Below, piece after piece: positions 9,098 through 17,216 of a stretch of DNA of 64,000 bases. The position numbers and the translations under genes are program-made. The notes below the pieces were generated by a model. It was not told the origin of the DNA. It did not search any database and saw only the letters and a program-made list of their open reading frames with translations. Positions within the stretch are counted from its first letter, which is position 1; each line of letters starts with the position of its first letter. This DNA comes from Bacteroidales bacterium (GTDB taxonomy: Bacteria; Bacteroidota; Bacteroidia; Bacteroidales; FEN-979): the NCBI GenBank assembly GCA_017882335.1, contig JADGPR010000004.1, positions 24,688 through 88,687 on the forward strand, given 5' to 3'.

Positions 9098-9476
9098 CTT
9101 GTTTTACCGGTGGAGGAACATGCACTTTTATCCCCGTACCTTCCATGATGCAATTGCCCGAAAATTTAGCGCCCGGTTCAATCGACAGCTTGTTGGTCGT
9201 GATATCTCCAGTATACCTGGCAGTCTCTTTCAGCGTCAGGAGTTCGGCAACCTTCACGGTAGCTTTGACTTCTCCCGAAAAATCTGCATTCTGGCAGATG
9301 ATCTCCCCTTCAATGCTGCCTGTGGGGCCAACCACGACCTTGCCCTTGCAGTTGATGGTGCCAATGAAGGAACCGTCGAGCCTGAAATCACCGTTGAGCT
9401 TAATCTCTCCCTTCACCACTGTGCCTGAACTCAGCAGGTTAAGAGAAGGAACTTCTACTTCTTTATTTTTCATCAT
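9066..9476 (-). CDS. Bactofilin (polymer-forming cytoskeletal protein, DUF583/CcmA family)
   Basis: Repetitive beta-helical core (GTVVKGEIKLNGDFRLDGSFIGTINCKGKVVVGPTGSIEGEIICQNADFSGEV). The start is set at MMKNKEV, because the longer ORF to 9545 adds a hydrophobic non-homologous leader. The 3' end overlaps the atpZ-like start by 32 nt. Confidence 0.85.
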   Translation of the reverse strand: MMKNKEVEVPSLNLLSSGTVVKGEIKLNGDFRLDGSFIGTINCKGKVVVGPTGSIEGEIICQNADFSGEVKATVKVAELLTLKETARYTGDITTNKLSIEPGAKFSGNCIMEGTGIKVHVPPPVKQDEFRPKETTA

Positions 9477-9601
9477 AACATCATTATTTTTTCGAAAAAC
9501 AATGAATTTAAAGACATTCCAAAGATAAATGAAAAAACCGGACAATCAAATAAAATCTTGCCCAGTAGATAAGGAACCTGGAAATGAAGGATGCGGACAG
9601 G

Positions 9602-12298
9602 TCATTTCTTCACCGGGTAATACTTCTCGAAGAACCGAAGATATTGTTTGATATCTTTGCTTCTGTAAAAGATGGGGTAATTGTCGGCCGATATTACGAA
9701 GTCGCTGTAACCACCTGTATTTTCAAGTTTGGTGAAAATGTAAGGATTGTTCTGAATGGAGATAAAATAATCCATGGCCTTTTCATCATTGTCGAAATTA
9801 TTAACGGTGATCATTTCCTGCGGGCCATCGAGCAACAGACTATTCACTTGCAGGGGTTCGAGTCCGTGGTATTTGGAATTAAAATCGGAGATCTTCACTT
9901 TCAGGGCGTTCACATCCACCCGGTTATTATCGGCAATAAGAATAAAGAAATGGATTGAATTTGGGTTAAAAGTGTATAGCTTGGATGTGGGTTCGGGCAG
10001 GGCAGTAGAATCGGTCACGATGGGTTCTCCCTTTGAATTACGCTGGTTTTTCAGGTAATCGAGAACTTTCTGGGCAAGCGGGCGGACAGGGCTTTTCGGG
10101 TATTTTGTCATGATCCGTTGCATGCCAGCCACCAGCGAATCCACAACTTCGATCTTTCCTATGGATAATGCTTTCAGGTATTCAAACCGCGGAATCAGTG
10201 CCGTATCACCGGGATATTTTGCCAGGGCCACATCGGTGTTGTTGATCACCATGTAATATTGCTGGTTGGTGAAGGCTTTGTAGGTGTCCTCATAGAGGTT
10301 GTTGACTTCTTTTCGTTTCGACTGGACTTCCTTATAATAATTCGGATTGACTAGCAATTTGGCAAAATCGGTCTCCGGGTAACGTGTCAGGATCACATTT
10401 TTAAAGGTGTCGCTTTTCGGCTGGTTTTCCAGTGCTTTGTAGAGTATGTATAGTTCATAGTAGGAAGCCACAGTGAATTTGTTCCCGGGAAAGCGGCTGT
10501 TCAGTGTTTGGAAAGCGTCAATGGCATGCTTATAATCATTCAGGCCTTCCACATAAACAAATCCCAGGTTATAGTAAGCCTGGATGATCGTGTCGTTCGA
10601 AACCTTCAGTTGGGCAAGTGTGAATGGAATGTCCTGGAGGTAAAATGCTCTTTCTCTCGGATTTTTTGATTTTGGAAGAACTTTCTTAACCTTGGTTGTA
10701 TCCCCTCCGGCCAAGACCAGGGAAGAGGTGTCTTCCTGGGTTTCAGGCAATTCGGCAACAATGATTTTATTGCTGAGAAACCAGTTGTCTTCCAATTTCC
10801 GGTGTCCCCATTTCCGGGCAAAATTTGAAAAACCGTTGGAGGTGGCAGAAGGATTATAAAAATACCACGCACCGGTAGCCGAACCAGTTGGCGACCCTCC
10901 CGGGCCACCCGGTGACTGTCCTTTTGATTGTCCGAACAAAGTCAGGTTTTCCTGCCGTTCCTGCTCTGCTTTCTGCTTTTTAATCTCTTCTGCAATCAGT
11001 TTTGTTATGATCCCGTCGATCACCCCATAACGCTGGTTTTCCGTCAATGAAGCAAGTTTCTGAAGACTGTCTTCCCGATCGATCAGTTGAAGGTAGGTAA
11101 CCAGATCAGTGAGGGTTGCTGTTTTCTTACTGATCTCCTTGTAGTTCGGAAATTCTTTCGGCAGAAACTGAAGGGTACTGTCATAATAAGCCTGCGAAAG
11201 CTTGTAATTTTTATGCGAGAACAGGATGTCGGCAAGTTCCAGTGCTGAAATGGCTTTCTGGTAATTGTTCTGTTTGCTGGTAGCGACTGATTTTTTCAGG
11301 TAATCAATAGCAGCGGTAGTATCGGCATCTTTCAATGCAACACTGGCAAGGGCAAAATAAACCTGGTCACGGTATTCCTTGTTCTTGTCATCCTTGAGCA
11401 TTCTTTTCAGCTTCTTGACGATGTAGTCACGGTTACCCGATTTTGCCACATAACAAATGGCGAGATTGATCTTTGAATTGAACTCCATTTCGAAAGAGGC
11501 ATTTCTTTTGACTACCATCTGGTAATAACGGGAAGCTTCTTCGAACTGGCCGGTTTTTTGGTGTATCTGGCCGAGGATGAATAGGCAACGGGTTTTCATC
11601 GTTCTTGAAGGCCCCAGTTCAATGGCGCGGTCGAGAAATTCAATGGCCGGTGCATAGTTTTTTTGAAGGATATAGAAATTCGCATAACACAGCGCAAGCA
11701 TCTCTTCGTTTTTCTCCGGTGCTTTCCCCTGCCGGATCATGTTTTGAACCATATCGAGCATAGGTTCGGCCCTATTGAAATCGCCAAGTTGCATATTGGC
11801 CAGCGCCTGCCACAACATAGCCTCGTATTTTATTGGGTTGTTATTGTATGTTTTGATCACAAATTCAAACGTACGGCGTGCCATTGGGTAATCCTGTTTG
11901 TAATAATAAGATTTCCCGATCAGCATATAAGCATCGTCGATCCAGCGGTTGTACTCCTTGCCATTAAAGGGCATCGAATGTTTCTGAATGGTCTTTGAGG
12001 CTTTCTTTATGCCGATATCGGCATACTGGCTGATCTTGGCGATGCCAGTCTTGTCGCCAGTATAAAAAACCGGAAGTACGAGTGAGTAGTTGTCCTTAGC
12101 AGTGGATTGAAATTCCTTTAACCCCTGCCGCATGTTGTCCATCCCATTCCAATATACATTATAATGAGCCGTAAGGTTATGGTACACCCTGCGGGTAAAT
12201 GTATTTTTCCTGGTAGAACAGGAGGAAAAAAAGACGATTACCGCGAGAAAAAAGAAAAATACACAGGAAATGTATGTCCGGAATTTGCTCAAATACAC
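9602..12298 (-). CDS. sprE: T9SS/gliding lipoprotein SprE/PorW (TPR-repeat protein)
   Basis: 898 aa with a GTG start and lipoprotein signal (VFFSSCSTRKNTF). The SprE-type N-terminus RRVYHNLTAHYNVYWNG is followed by multiple TPR-like repeats. Confidence 0.85.
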   Translation of the reverse strand: MYLSKFRTYISCVFFFFLAVIVFFSSCSTRKNTFTRRVYHNLTAHYNVYWNGMDNMRQGLKEFQSTAKDNYSLVLPVFYTGDKTGIAKISQYADIGIKKASKTIQKHSMPFNGKEYNRWIDDAYMLIGKSYYYKQDYPMARRTFEFVIKTYNNNPIKYEAMLWQALANMQLGDFNRAEPMLDMVQNMIRQGKAPEKNEEMLALCYANFYILQKNYAPAIEFLDRAIELGPSRTMKTRCLFILGQIHQKTGQFEEASRYYQMVVKRNASFEMEFNSKINLAICYVAKSGNRDYIVKKLKRMLKDDKNKEYRDQVYFALASVALKDADTTAAIDYLKKSVATSKQNNYQKAISALELADILFSHKNYKLSQAYYDSTLQFLPKEFPNYKEISKKTATLTDLVTYLQLIDREDSLQKLASLTENQRYGVIDGIITKLIAEEIKKQKAEQERQENLTLFGQSKGQSPGGPGGSPTGSATGAWYFYNPSATSNGFSNFARKWGHRKLEDNWFLSNKIIVAELPETQEDTSSLVLAGGDTTKVKKVLPKSKNPRERAFYLQDIPFTLAQLKVSNDTIIQAYYNLGFVYVEGLNDYKHAIDAFQTLNSRFPGNKFTVASYYELYILYKALENQPKSDTFKNVILTRYPETDFAKLLVNPNYYKEVQSKRKEVNNLYEDTYKAFTNQQYYMVINNTDVALAKYPGDTALIPRFEYLKALSIGKIEVVDSLVAGMQRIMTKYPKSPVRPLAQKVLDYLKNQRNSKGEPIVTDSTALPEPTSKLYTFNPNSIHFFILIADNNRVDVNALKVKISDFNSKYHGLEPLQVNSLLLDGPQEMITVNNFDNDEKAMDYFISIQNNPYIFTKLENTGGYSDFVISADNYPIFYRSKDIKQYLRFFEKYYPVKK

Positions 12299-12330
12299 TG
12301 CTGTTTAGTTCTATATTAACTGAATTTTTA

Positions 12331-12338
12331 CAAAAATA
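12331..12338 (-). promoter_or_regulatory. Candidate Bacteroidota -7 box TAnnTTTG (TATTTTTG) for sprE
   Basis: The reverse complement of caaaaata matches the consensus perfectly. It lies 32 nt upstream of the sprE GTG start. Confidence 0.4.
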
Positions 12339-12344
12339 TTTTAA

Positions 12345-12374
12345 TTTTTTGAATTTAGGAGGAAATTCAAAAAA
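12345..12374. promoter_or_regulatory. Perfect 12-bp inverted repeat TTTTTTGAATTT-AGGAGG-AAATTCAAAAAA in the sprE/M23-peptidase divergent region
   Basis: Arms at 12345-12356 and 12363-12374 are exact reverse complements. The repeat lies immediately upstream of the candidate sprE -7 box. Confidence 0.4.
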
Positions 12375-12506
12375 GAAAACAGGGAACGATCCAAATGAAA
12401 CCGTCCGGATACTTTTACGGGGAAACAGACGTTTTTCTTTTTCTTCTCCCCGTTTGCAATTTTTTCCGAAATTTGCAGGCCCTCACGGAAATGAATAACC
12501 CAAAGA

Positions 12507-13397
12507 ATGGCCCAGGATAAAAAAGACAAGAAGAAAATGTCGTGGATGAGCAGGCTACGGAATAAATACCGGCTTGTGATCATGAACGATGAGACGCTTG
12601 AGGAAAGGTTAACCTTCCGGCTTTCGAGGCTGAATGTTTTTGTGGTACTGGGAACACTAACCATCATCCTGATTATTCTGACTTCCCTCCTGATCGCTTT
12701 TACACCCTTGCGCGAGTATATTCCCGGTTACACCAATGTGGGATTGCAAAAAAAGCTGTATGAACTGCAGATCAAAACCGACTCCATCGAAAAAGGCCTT
12801 GAAAAAAGGGATCTCTTCATCCAGAATATGAAAGATGTCATGAACGGGAAAGACCTCTCAACGGATATTCCCCTTACTAAAGATACGCTTCATAAATACA
12901 ACAACATCAAACTGAAAAAATCCCCGGAAGATTCGCTGCTCCGGGCCGAAGTGGAAAACCAGGGGAAATACAACCTTTACAGGTTTGAAAATTCCGAGAA
13001 TGTCCGCCAGAAGAATGCATCCATCGGGAAAGTCCTATTTTTTGTGCCGTTGAAAGGAGTGATCACCAATGAATTTAATCCTTCACAGAATCATTATGGG
13101 GTCGACATCGTTTCCAAACAGAACGAAGCCATCAAGTGTGTGCTCGACGGAACCGTAATTCTTAGCAACTGGACTCTGGAAACAGGTTATACCATTGCCA
13201 TACAGCACCAGCAGAACATTGTATCGGTGTATAAGCACAATTCTGCATTGCTGAAAAAAGAGGGCGAATTCGTCAAGGCCGGCGACCCCATAGCCATCGT
13301 TGGCCAGACCGGTGAACTCACCACCGGCCCGCACCTTCATTTTGAACTATGGAGCGATGGCAACCCGGTCAACCCAAAAGATTATATCAATTTTTAA
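12507..13397 (+). CDS. M23-family peptidoglycan metalloendopeptidase with N-terminal membrane anchor
   Basis: 296 aa with one TM helix (VFVVLGTLTIILIILTSLLIAF), M23 motifs HYGVD and GPHLHFE, and a coiled-coil-like linker. Confidence 0.9.
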   Translation: MAQDKKDKKKMSWMSRLRNKYRLVIMNDETLEERLTFRLSRLNVFVVLGTLTIILIILTSLLIAFTPLREYIPGYTNVGLQKKLYELQIKTDSIEKGLEKRDLFIQNMKDVMNGKDLSTDIPLTKDTLHKYNNIKLKKSPEDSLLRAEVENQGKYNLYRFENSENVRQKNASIGKVLFFVPLKGVITNEFNPSQNHYGVDIVSKQNEAIKCVLDGTVILSNWTLETGYTIAIQHQQNIVSVYKHNSALLKKEGEFVKAGDPIAIVGQTGELTTGPHLHFELWSDGNPVNPKDYINF

Positions 13398-13412
13398 GAA
13401 TTCGGATAGTAG

Positions 13413-14600
13413 GTGAAGAAAAATATTGCCATACTGGGATCTACGGGATCCATCGGTACCCAATCACTGGATATTATCCGCCAGAACCCTGATATTTTCT
13501 CTGTGGAGGTTCTTACCGCCCAGTCAAATGCCGATCTCCTCATACTCCAGGCCATCGAATTCCTTCCCAATGCTGTCGTGATCGGAAACGAAGAATTTTA
13601 CAGCAAAATCAAAGAAGCCCTTCATTCTTTTCCGGTTAAAATATTTGCCGGCCAGGATTCCCTGTCACAGATCGTGGAAATGGAAGAGATCGACCTGGTG
13701 CTGAATGCCTTGGTGGGTTATTCAGGATTAAAGCCGACACTGAATGCCATTCATGCAGGGAAACATATTGCGCTGGCAAACAAGGAAACCCTGGTCGTTG
13801 CCGGTGACCTGGTCATGACGCTCGCCGAACAATCGCATGTTATGATCATCCCTGTCGATTCGGAACATTCTGCCATCTTCCAATGCCTTGCGGGAGAAAA
13901 TAAGAAAAATATTGAAAAGGTAATCCTGACGGCCTCCGGTGGACCCTTCAGGGGAAAAAAACAGGAACACTTGGAAAAAGTGACCAAGGAAGCGGCGCTC
14001 CTTCATCCGAATTGGAAAATGGGAAACAAGGTCACAATCGACTCTGCTTCGCTGATGAACAAGGGGTTGGAGGTGATCGAGGCGAAATGGTTGTTCGATC
14101 TTTCTCCTTCCCAGATCGAAGTGATCGTGCACCCGCAATCGGTCATTCATTCGATCGTCCAGTTCGTGGATGGATCTATGAAAGCCCAGATGGGGCCTCC
14201 CGATATGCGGGGACCAATCCTGTATGCATTTTCTTTTCCCGACAGGCTTATGACAGATTTTCCCCGGTTTGATTTTACCAACTGTCCCCAGTTCACTTTC
14301 GAGCCGCCCGACAGGGATCTTTTCCGGAACCTTGGATTGGCTTATGAAGCGCTTAACAAGGGTGGAAATATGCCCTGCATTCTAAATGCCGCCAACGAAA
14401 TTGCCGTGCAGGCATTTCTCGAAGACCGCATTACCTTCCTCGGAATGCCGCACCTCATCGAAAAATGCATGCATTCGGTTACTTTTATTCAGAAACCAAC
14501 TTATGAAGATTATGAGCAAACCAACATGGAAACCAGGGCAAAAGCCCTTGAATACCTTCTGTTGCCTGCCTGCCGGCCAGGCAGGGATGCTGAACCCTGA
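13413..14600 (+). CDS. dxr: 1-deoxy-D-xylulose 5-phosphate reductoisomerase
   Basis: 395 aa with a GTG start, and the motifs IAILGSTGSIGTQSLD, LANKETLV, PVDSEHSAIFQC and NKGLEVIEA. The last about 13 codons are encoded by a GC-rich palindrome (see findings). Confidence 0.95.
   Translation: MKKNIAILGSTGSIGTQSLDIIRQNPDIFSVEVLTAQSNADLLILQAIEFLPNAVVIGNEEFYSKIKEALHSFPVKIFAGQDSLSQIVEMEEIDLVLNALVGYSGLKPTLNAIHAGKHIALANKETLVVAGDLVMTLAEQSHVMIIPVDSEHSAIFQCLAGENKKNIEKVILTASGGPFRGKKQEHLEKVTKEAALLHPNWKMGNKVTIDSASLMNKGLEVIEAKWLFDLSPSQIEVIVHPQSVIHSIVQFVDGSMKAQMGPPDMRGPILYAFSFPDRLMTDFPRFDFTNCPQFTFEPPDRDLFRNLGLAYEALNKGGNMPCILNAANEIAVQAFLEDRITFLGMPHLIEKCMHSVTFIQKPTYEDYEQTNMETRAKALEYLLLPACRPGRDAEP
14565..14585. 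repeat. GC-rich palindrome CCTGCCTG-CCGGC-CAGGCAGG inside the dxr 3' end
   Basis: 8-bp perfect arms (14565-14572 and 14578-14585). The same arm sequence recurs at 49856-49876. Confidence 0.8.
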
Positions 14601-14627
14601 TATTATTCATCCTTAAAATATTGCTGA

Positions 14628-15947
14628 ATGGTTATTCTTATCAAAGTCGTACAATTGCTCCTGAGCCTGTCAATTCTGGTTATATTCCATGAGTTCGGAC
14701 ATTACATTTCTGCGAGGATATTTAAAGCCCGGGTAGAAAAATTCTATCTTTTCTTTGATCCGTGGTTCTCCCTGTTTAAATTTAAAAAAGGGGATACCGA
14801 ATATGGGGTGGGGTGGATGCCCCTGGGTGGCTATTGCAAGATTGCAGGTATGATCGATGAATCGCTGGACAAGGAACAGATGAAATTGCCGCCACAGCCC
14901 TGGGAATTCCGCTCAAAACCAGCATGGCAGCGCCTGATCATCATGCTGGGCGGTGTGACGGTTAACATCCTTTTGGCCATTTGCATCTACATCGCCATCC
15001 TTTCCGTGTGGGGTGAGCAATACCTGCCTACTTCTGAAGTAAAATATGGTATTGCTGTGGATGCAATGGGCAAAGAGTTGGGCCTCCGCAATGGTGACCG
15101 GATCCTCACCATCGACAACAAGGAAGTGGAAGAATTTTCAGCCATTCCTAAACAACTGGTCCTGGAACAGGCCAAAACGATCCAGGTCATCCGCGATGGC
15201 AAAAGAGTGGATATTACAATCCCTGCCTGGTTTGTAAGCAAACTGATCCAATCAAAATCGGTGGATTTTATCTCTGTCAGGTATCCGTTCGAAGCAGGGA
15301 AGTTTGTTTTGGGATCCGTAGCAGAAAAAGCAGGGATGAAACTCAACGACCGGATCATCGGGATCAATGATTCATTGTTTCCCTATTTCGATGAATTCAG
15401 AATGGCAATCCCGCGTTATAAAAATCAAAAGGTGAACCTCCTCGTCGTCAGGGGAGGCGATACATTAAAACTGCCGCTCACTATCCCCGCTGAAGGAAAG
15501 ATTGGTGTTTACCACAAGGATTTATCGGTCTATTTTAAGATGAAGGAAAAGTCCTATAATTTTTTCACCGCAATTCCCGCGGGCTTTATTATGACTTTTG
15601 AAAAAACAGGAGATTACCTGAAATCGATCAAACTGCTCTTTAAACAGGAGAAAGCATACGAATCGGTGGGAGGTTTTATCTCCATCGGAAGCCTGTTCCC
15701 GGATGCCTGGAATTGGCTGACCTTCTGGTCGTGGACTGCCTTCCTCTCGATCATGCTCGCCGTCATCAATGTTTTACCGATTCCGGCACTGGACGGAGGA
15801 CACGTTATGTTCCTGCTTTACGAGATCATTTTCCGGCGGAAACCGAGTGACAAGTTCATGGAATATGCGCAAATCACCGGTATGATCATCCTTTTCGGAT
15901 TACTGATCTTTGCCAATCTCAATGATGTGTTGAAGCTGTTCCGGTAG
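14628..15947 (+). CDS. rseP: RIP (site-2) zinc metalloprotease RseP
   Basis: 439 aa with HEFGHY (HExxH) in the first TM helix, PDZ-like central region and the NVLPIPALDGGH motif. Confidence 0.93.
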   Translation: MVILIKVVQLLLSLSILVIFHEFGHYISARIFKARVEKFYLFFDPWFSLFKFKKGDTEYGVGWMPLGGYCKIAGMIDESLDKEQMKLPPQPWEFRSKPAWQRLIIMLGGVTVNILLAICIYIAILSVWGEQYLPTSEVKYGIAVDAMGKELGLRNGDRILTIDNKEVEEFSAIPKQLVLEQAKTIQVIRDGKRVDITIPAWFVSKLIQSKSVDFISVRYPFEAGKFVLGSVAEKAGMKLNDRIIGINDSLFPYFDEFRMAIPRYKNQKVNLLVVRGGDTLKLPLTIPAEGKIGVYHKDLSVYFKMKEKSYNFFTAIPAGFIMTFEKTGDYLKSIKLLFKQEKAYESVGGFISIGSLFPDAWNWLTFWSWTAFLSIMLAVINVLPIPALDGGHVMFLLYEIIFRRKPSDKFMEYAQITGMIILFGLLIFANLNDVLKLFR

Positions 15948-15952
15948 TGTTA

Positions 15953-15992
15953 GCTGGTGAGCTGGCGAGTTGGCGAACTGGTGAATTGGTGA
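15953..15992. repeat. Five degenerate tandem octamers, consensus RYTGGYGA
   Basis: The units are gctggtga gctggcga gttggcga actggtga attggtga. The tract starts 6 nt after the rseP stop. Confidence 0.8.
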
Positions 15993-16022
15993 GTAAAAAA
16001 AGTTGTAAAATAGTGAAAATCT

Positions 16023-16057
16023 AGGATCCAGGATCCAGCCTCCAGGATCCAGCATCT
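16023..16057. repeat. Five degenerate tandem heptamers, consensus AGSMTCC (three GGATCC sites)
   Basis: The units are aggatcc aggatcc agcctcc aggatcc agcatct. The tract runs into the stop codon of the convergent yitT-family gene. Confidence 0.8.
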
Positions 16058-16952
16058 ATTCCGTAACCTTTTCCTTCAGCGATCTAAACCCTTCTCCGAG
16101 AATTTCGGTCGCATCTGTAACGGTCAGAAACGCCTTCGGGTCAATCTCATGAATGTATTCTTCCAGGATGGCAACTTCCCTTCGGCTCACCACTGTAAAA
16201 ATGATCTTACGGTCGGCCATGTTGAACATCCCTTTTCCTTCGATGTAGGTTCCTCCGCGATTGAGATTGTTGATGATCTTGTCGCGGATCTCCTCATGTT
16301 TCTCTGAGATGATAAAAATACTCTTATCATAACTAATCCCGGTTATCACAATATCGATCACTTTACCTGAAATGAATATGACAATCCACGAATAGAGCGG
16401 AATTTTCCAGTCCTGGAAAACCAGTAAACCAAGTAAAACGATTACGGAATCCACATAGATCATCAGCATTCCCAGGGGTAGCCGGGTTTTTTTAGCGATA
16501 ATCATGGCTATGATGTCGGAACCTCCAGAAGTAGCTTTTGAACGGAAGATCAGTCCCAGTCCCAGCCCTAACATTACTCCGCCGAAAATGGAAGACAACA
16601 AGGCATCTCCCTTTACCAGCGGTTCGAACCCCCAGAAATAGGTCAGGGTGTCGGTAAAAATGGCCGTCAGCGAAAAACCCAGGACAGTTTTATATCCGAA
16701 CCGGGGGCCCAGCACCTTAACTCCGATGATGGTTAGCGGGATATCGAAGCACAGGGCAACCAACCCTACCGGTGTCCCGAACAGGTAATGCAGCATGATA
16801 GAGATTCCGTAGACCCCGCCGGGAATGATCTTGTAAGGAGTAATGAACAGGACTAAACCCGAAGCAAGGATAAACGATCCGATGAGGATGAGGCCGCGCG
16901 AAATGAACCACTTCTTTGTGAAGGGTTTTTCTTTTATGAGAAAAAATGACAT
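16056..16952 (-). CDS. YitT-family membrane protein (DUF2179 C-terminal domain)
   Basis: 298 aa with a multi-TM N-terminal part (PGGVYGISIMLHYLF) and a soluble C-terminal domain (FTVVSRREVAILEEYIHEIDPKAFLTV). Confidence 0.85.
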   Translation of the reverse strand: MSFFLIKEKPFTKKWFISRGLILIGSFILASGLVLFITPYKIIPGGVYGISIMLHYLFGTPVGLVALCFDIPLTIIGVKVLGPRFGYKTVLGFSLTAIFTDTLTYFWGFEPLVKGDALLSSIFGGVMLGLGLGLIFRSKATSGGSDIIAMIIAKKTRLPLGMLMIYVDSVIVLLGLLVFQDWKIPLYSWIVIFISGKVIDIVITGISYDKSIFIISEKHEEIRDKIINNLNRGGTYIEGKGMFNMADRKIIFTVVSRREVAILEEYIHEIDPKAFLTVTDATEILGEGFRSLKEKVTE

Positions 16953-16989
16953 ATTTATTTATTTATATCTGTTAATCAGGACTTTTATG

Positions 16990-16997
16990 CAAAGATA
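16990..16997 (-). promoter_or_regulatory. Candidate -7 box (TATCTTTG) for the yitT-family gene
   Basis: Perfect TAnnTTTG on the minus strand, 37 nt upstream of the ATG at 16952. Confidence 0.4.
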
Positions 16998-17216
16998 GTG
17001 CTTCCATCAGATCCGGGAACCTTAATCCGGGTACCGGTATTTATAAAAAAGATGCAACTTTTTTTTATGAAATCTGTATAACAATTTTGAACAGTTTACA
17101 ATCAAGAATCATTTTTAATTAAGTGTGTTTTTAAGAAAAGAATACACCGATATTGCCAAAAGAAAAAATAATTGTACTTTTAACCCCCGATTGCGCAAAC
17201 CTAATAAAGAAACGTA

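Noticed and set aside
12417-12453. Hairpin ACGGGGA-N23-TCCCCGT followed by a T-rich stretch in the M23 peptidase leader. I considered it as an attenuator or riboswitch terminator.
   Set aside because: It has a 7-bp stem with a 23-nt loop, no recognisable aptamer upstream, and overlaps the likely promoter region. The evidence is insufficient, so it is mentioned only within the inverted-repeat finding.
12274-12667. Small ORFs 12274-12498 (+, 74 aa) and 12341-12667 (-, 108 aa) in and around the sprE/M23 spacer.
   Set aside because: They overlap the promoter region and the 5' end of the M23 peptidase gene. Their composition is low-complexity, Lys/Phe/Ser-rich and typical of AT-rich non-coding sequence.
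17011-17038. atccggg aacctta atccggg taccggt pattern in the yitT/porP divergent spacer.
   Set aside because: Only one heptamer is actually repeated (twice, 14 bp apart). That is too little to call a periodic array.
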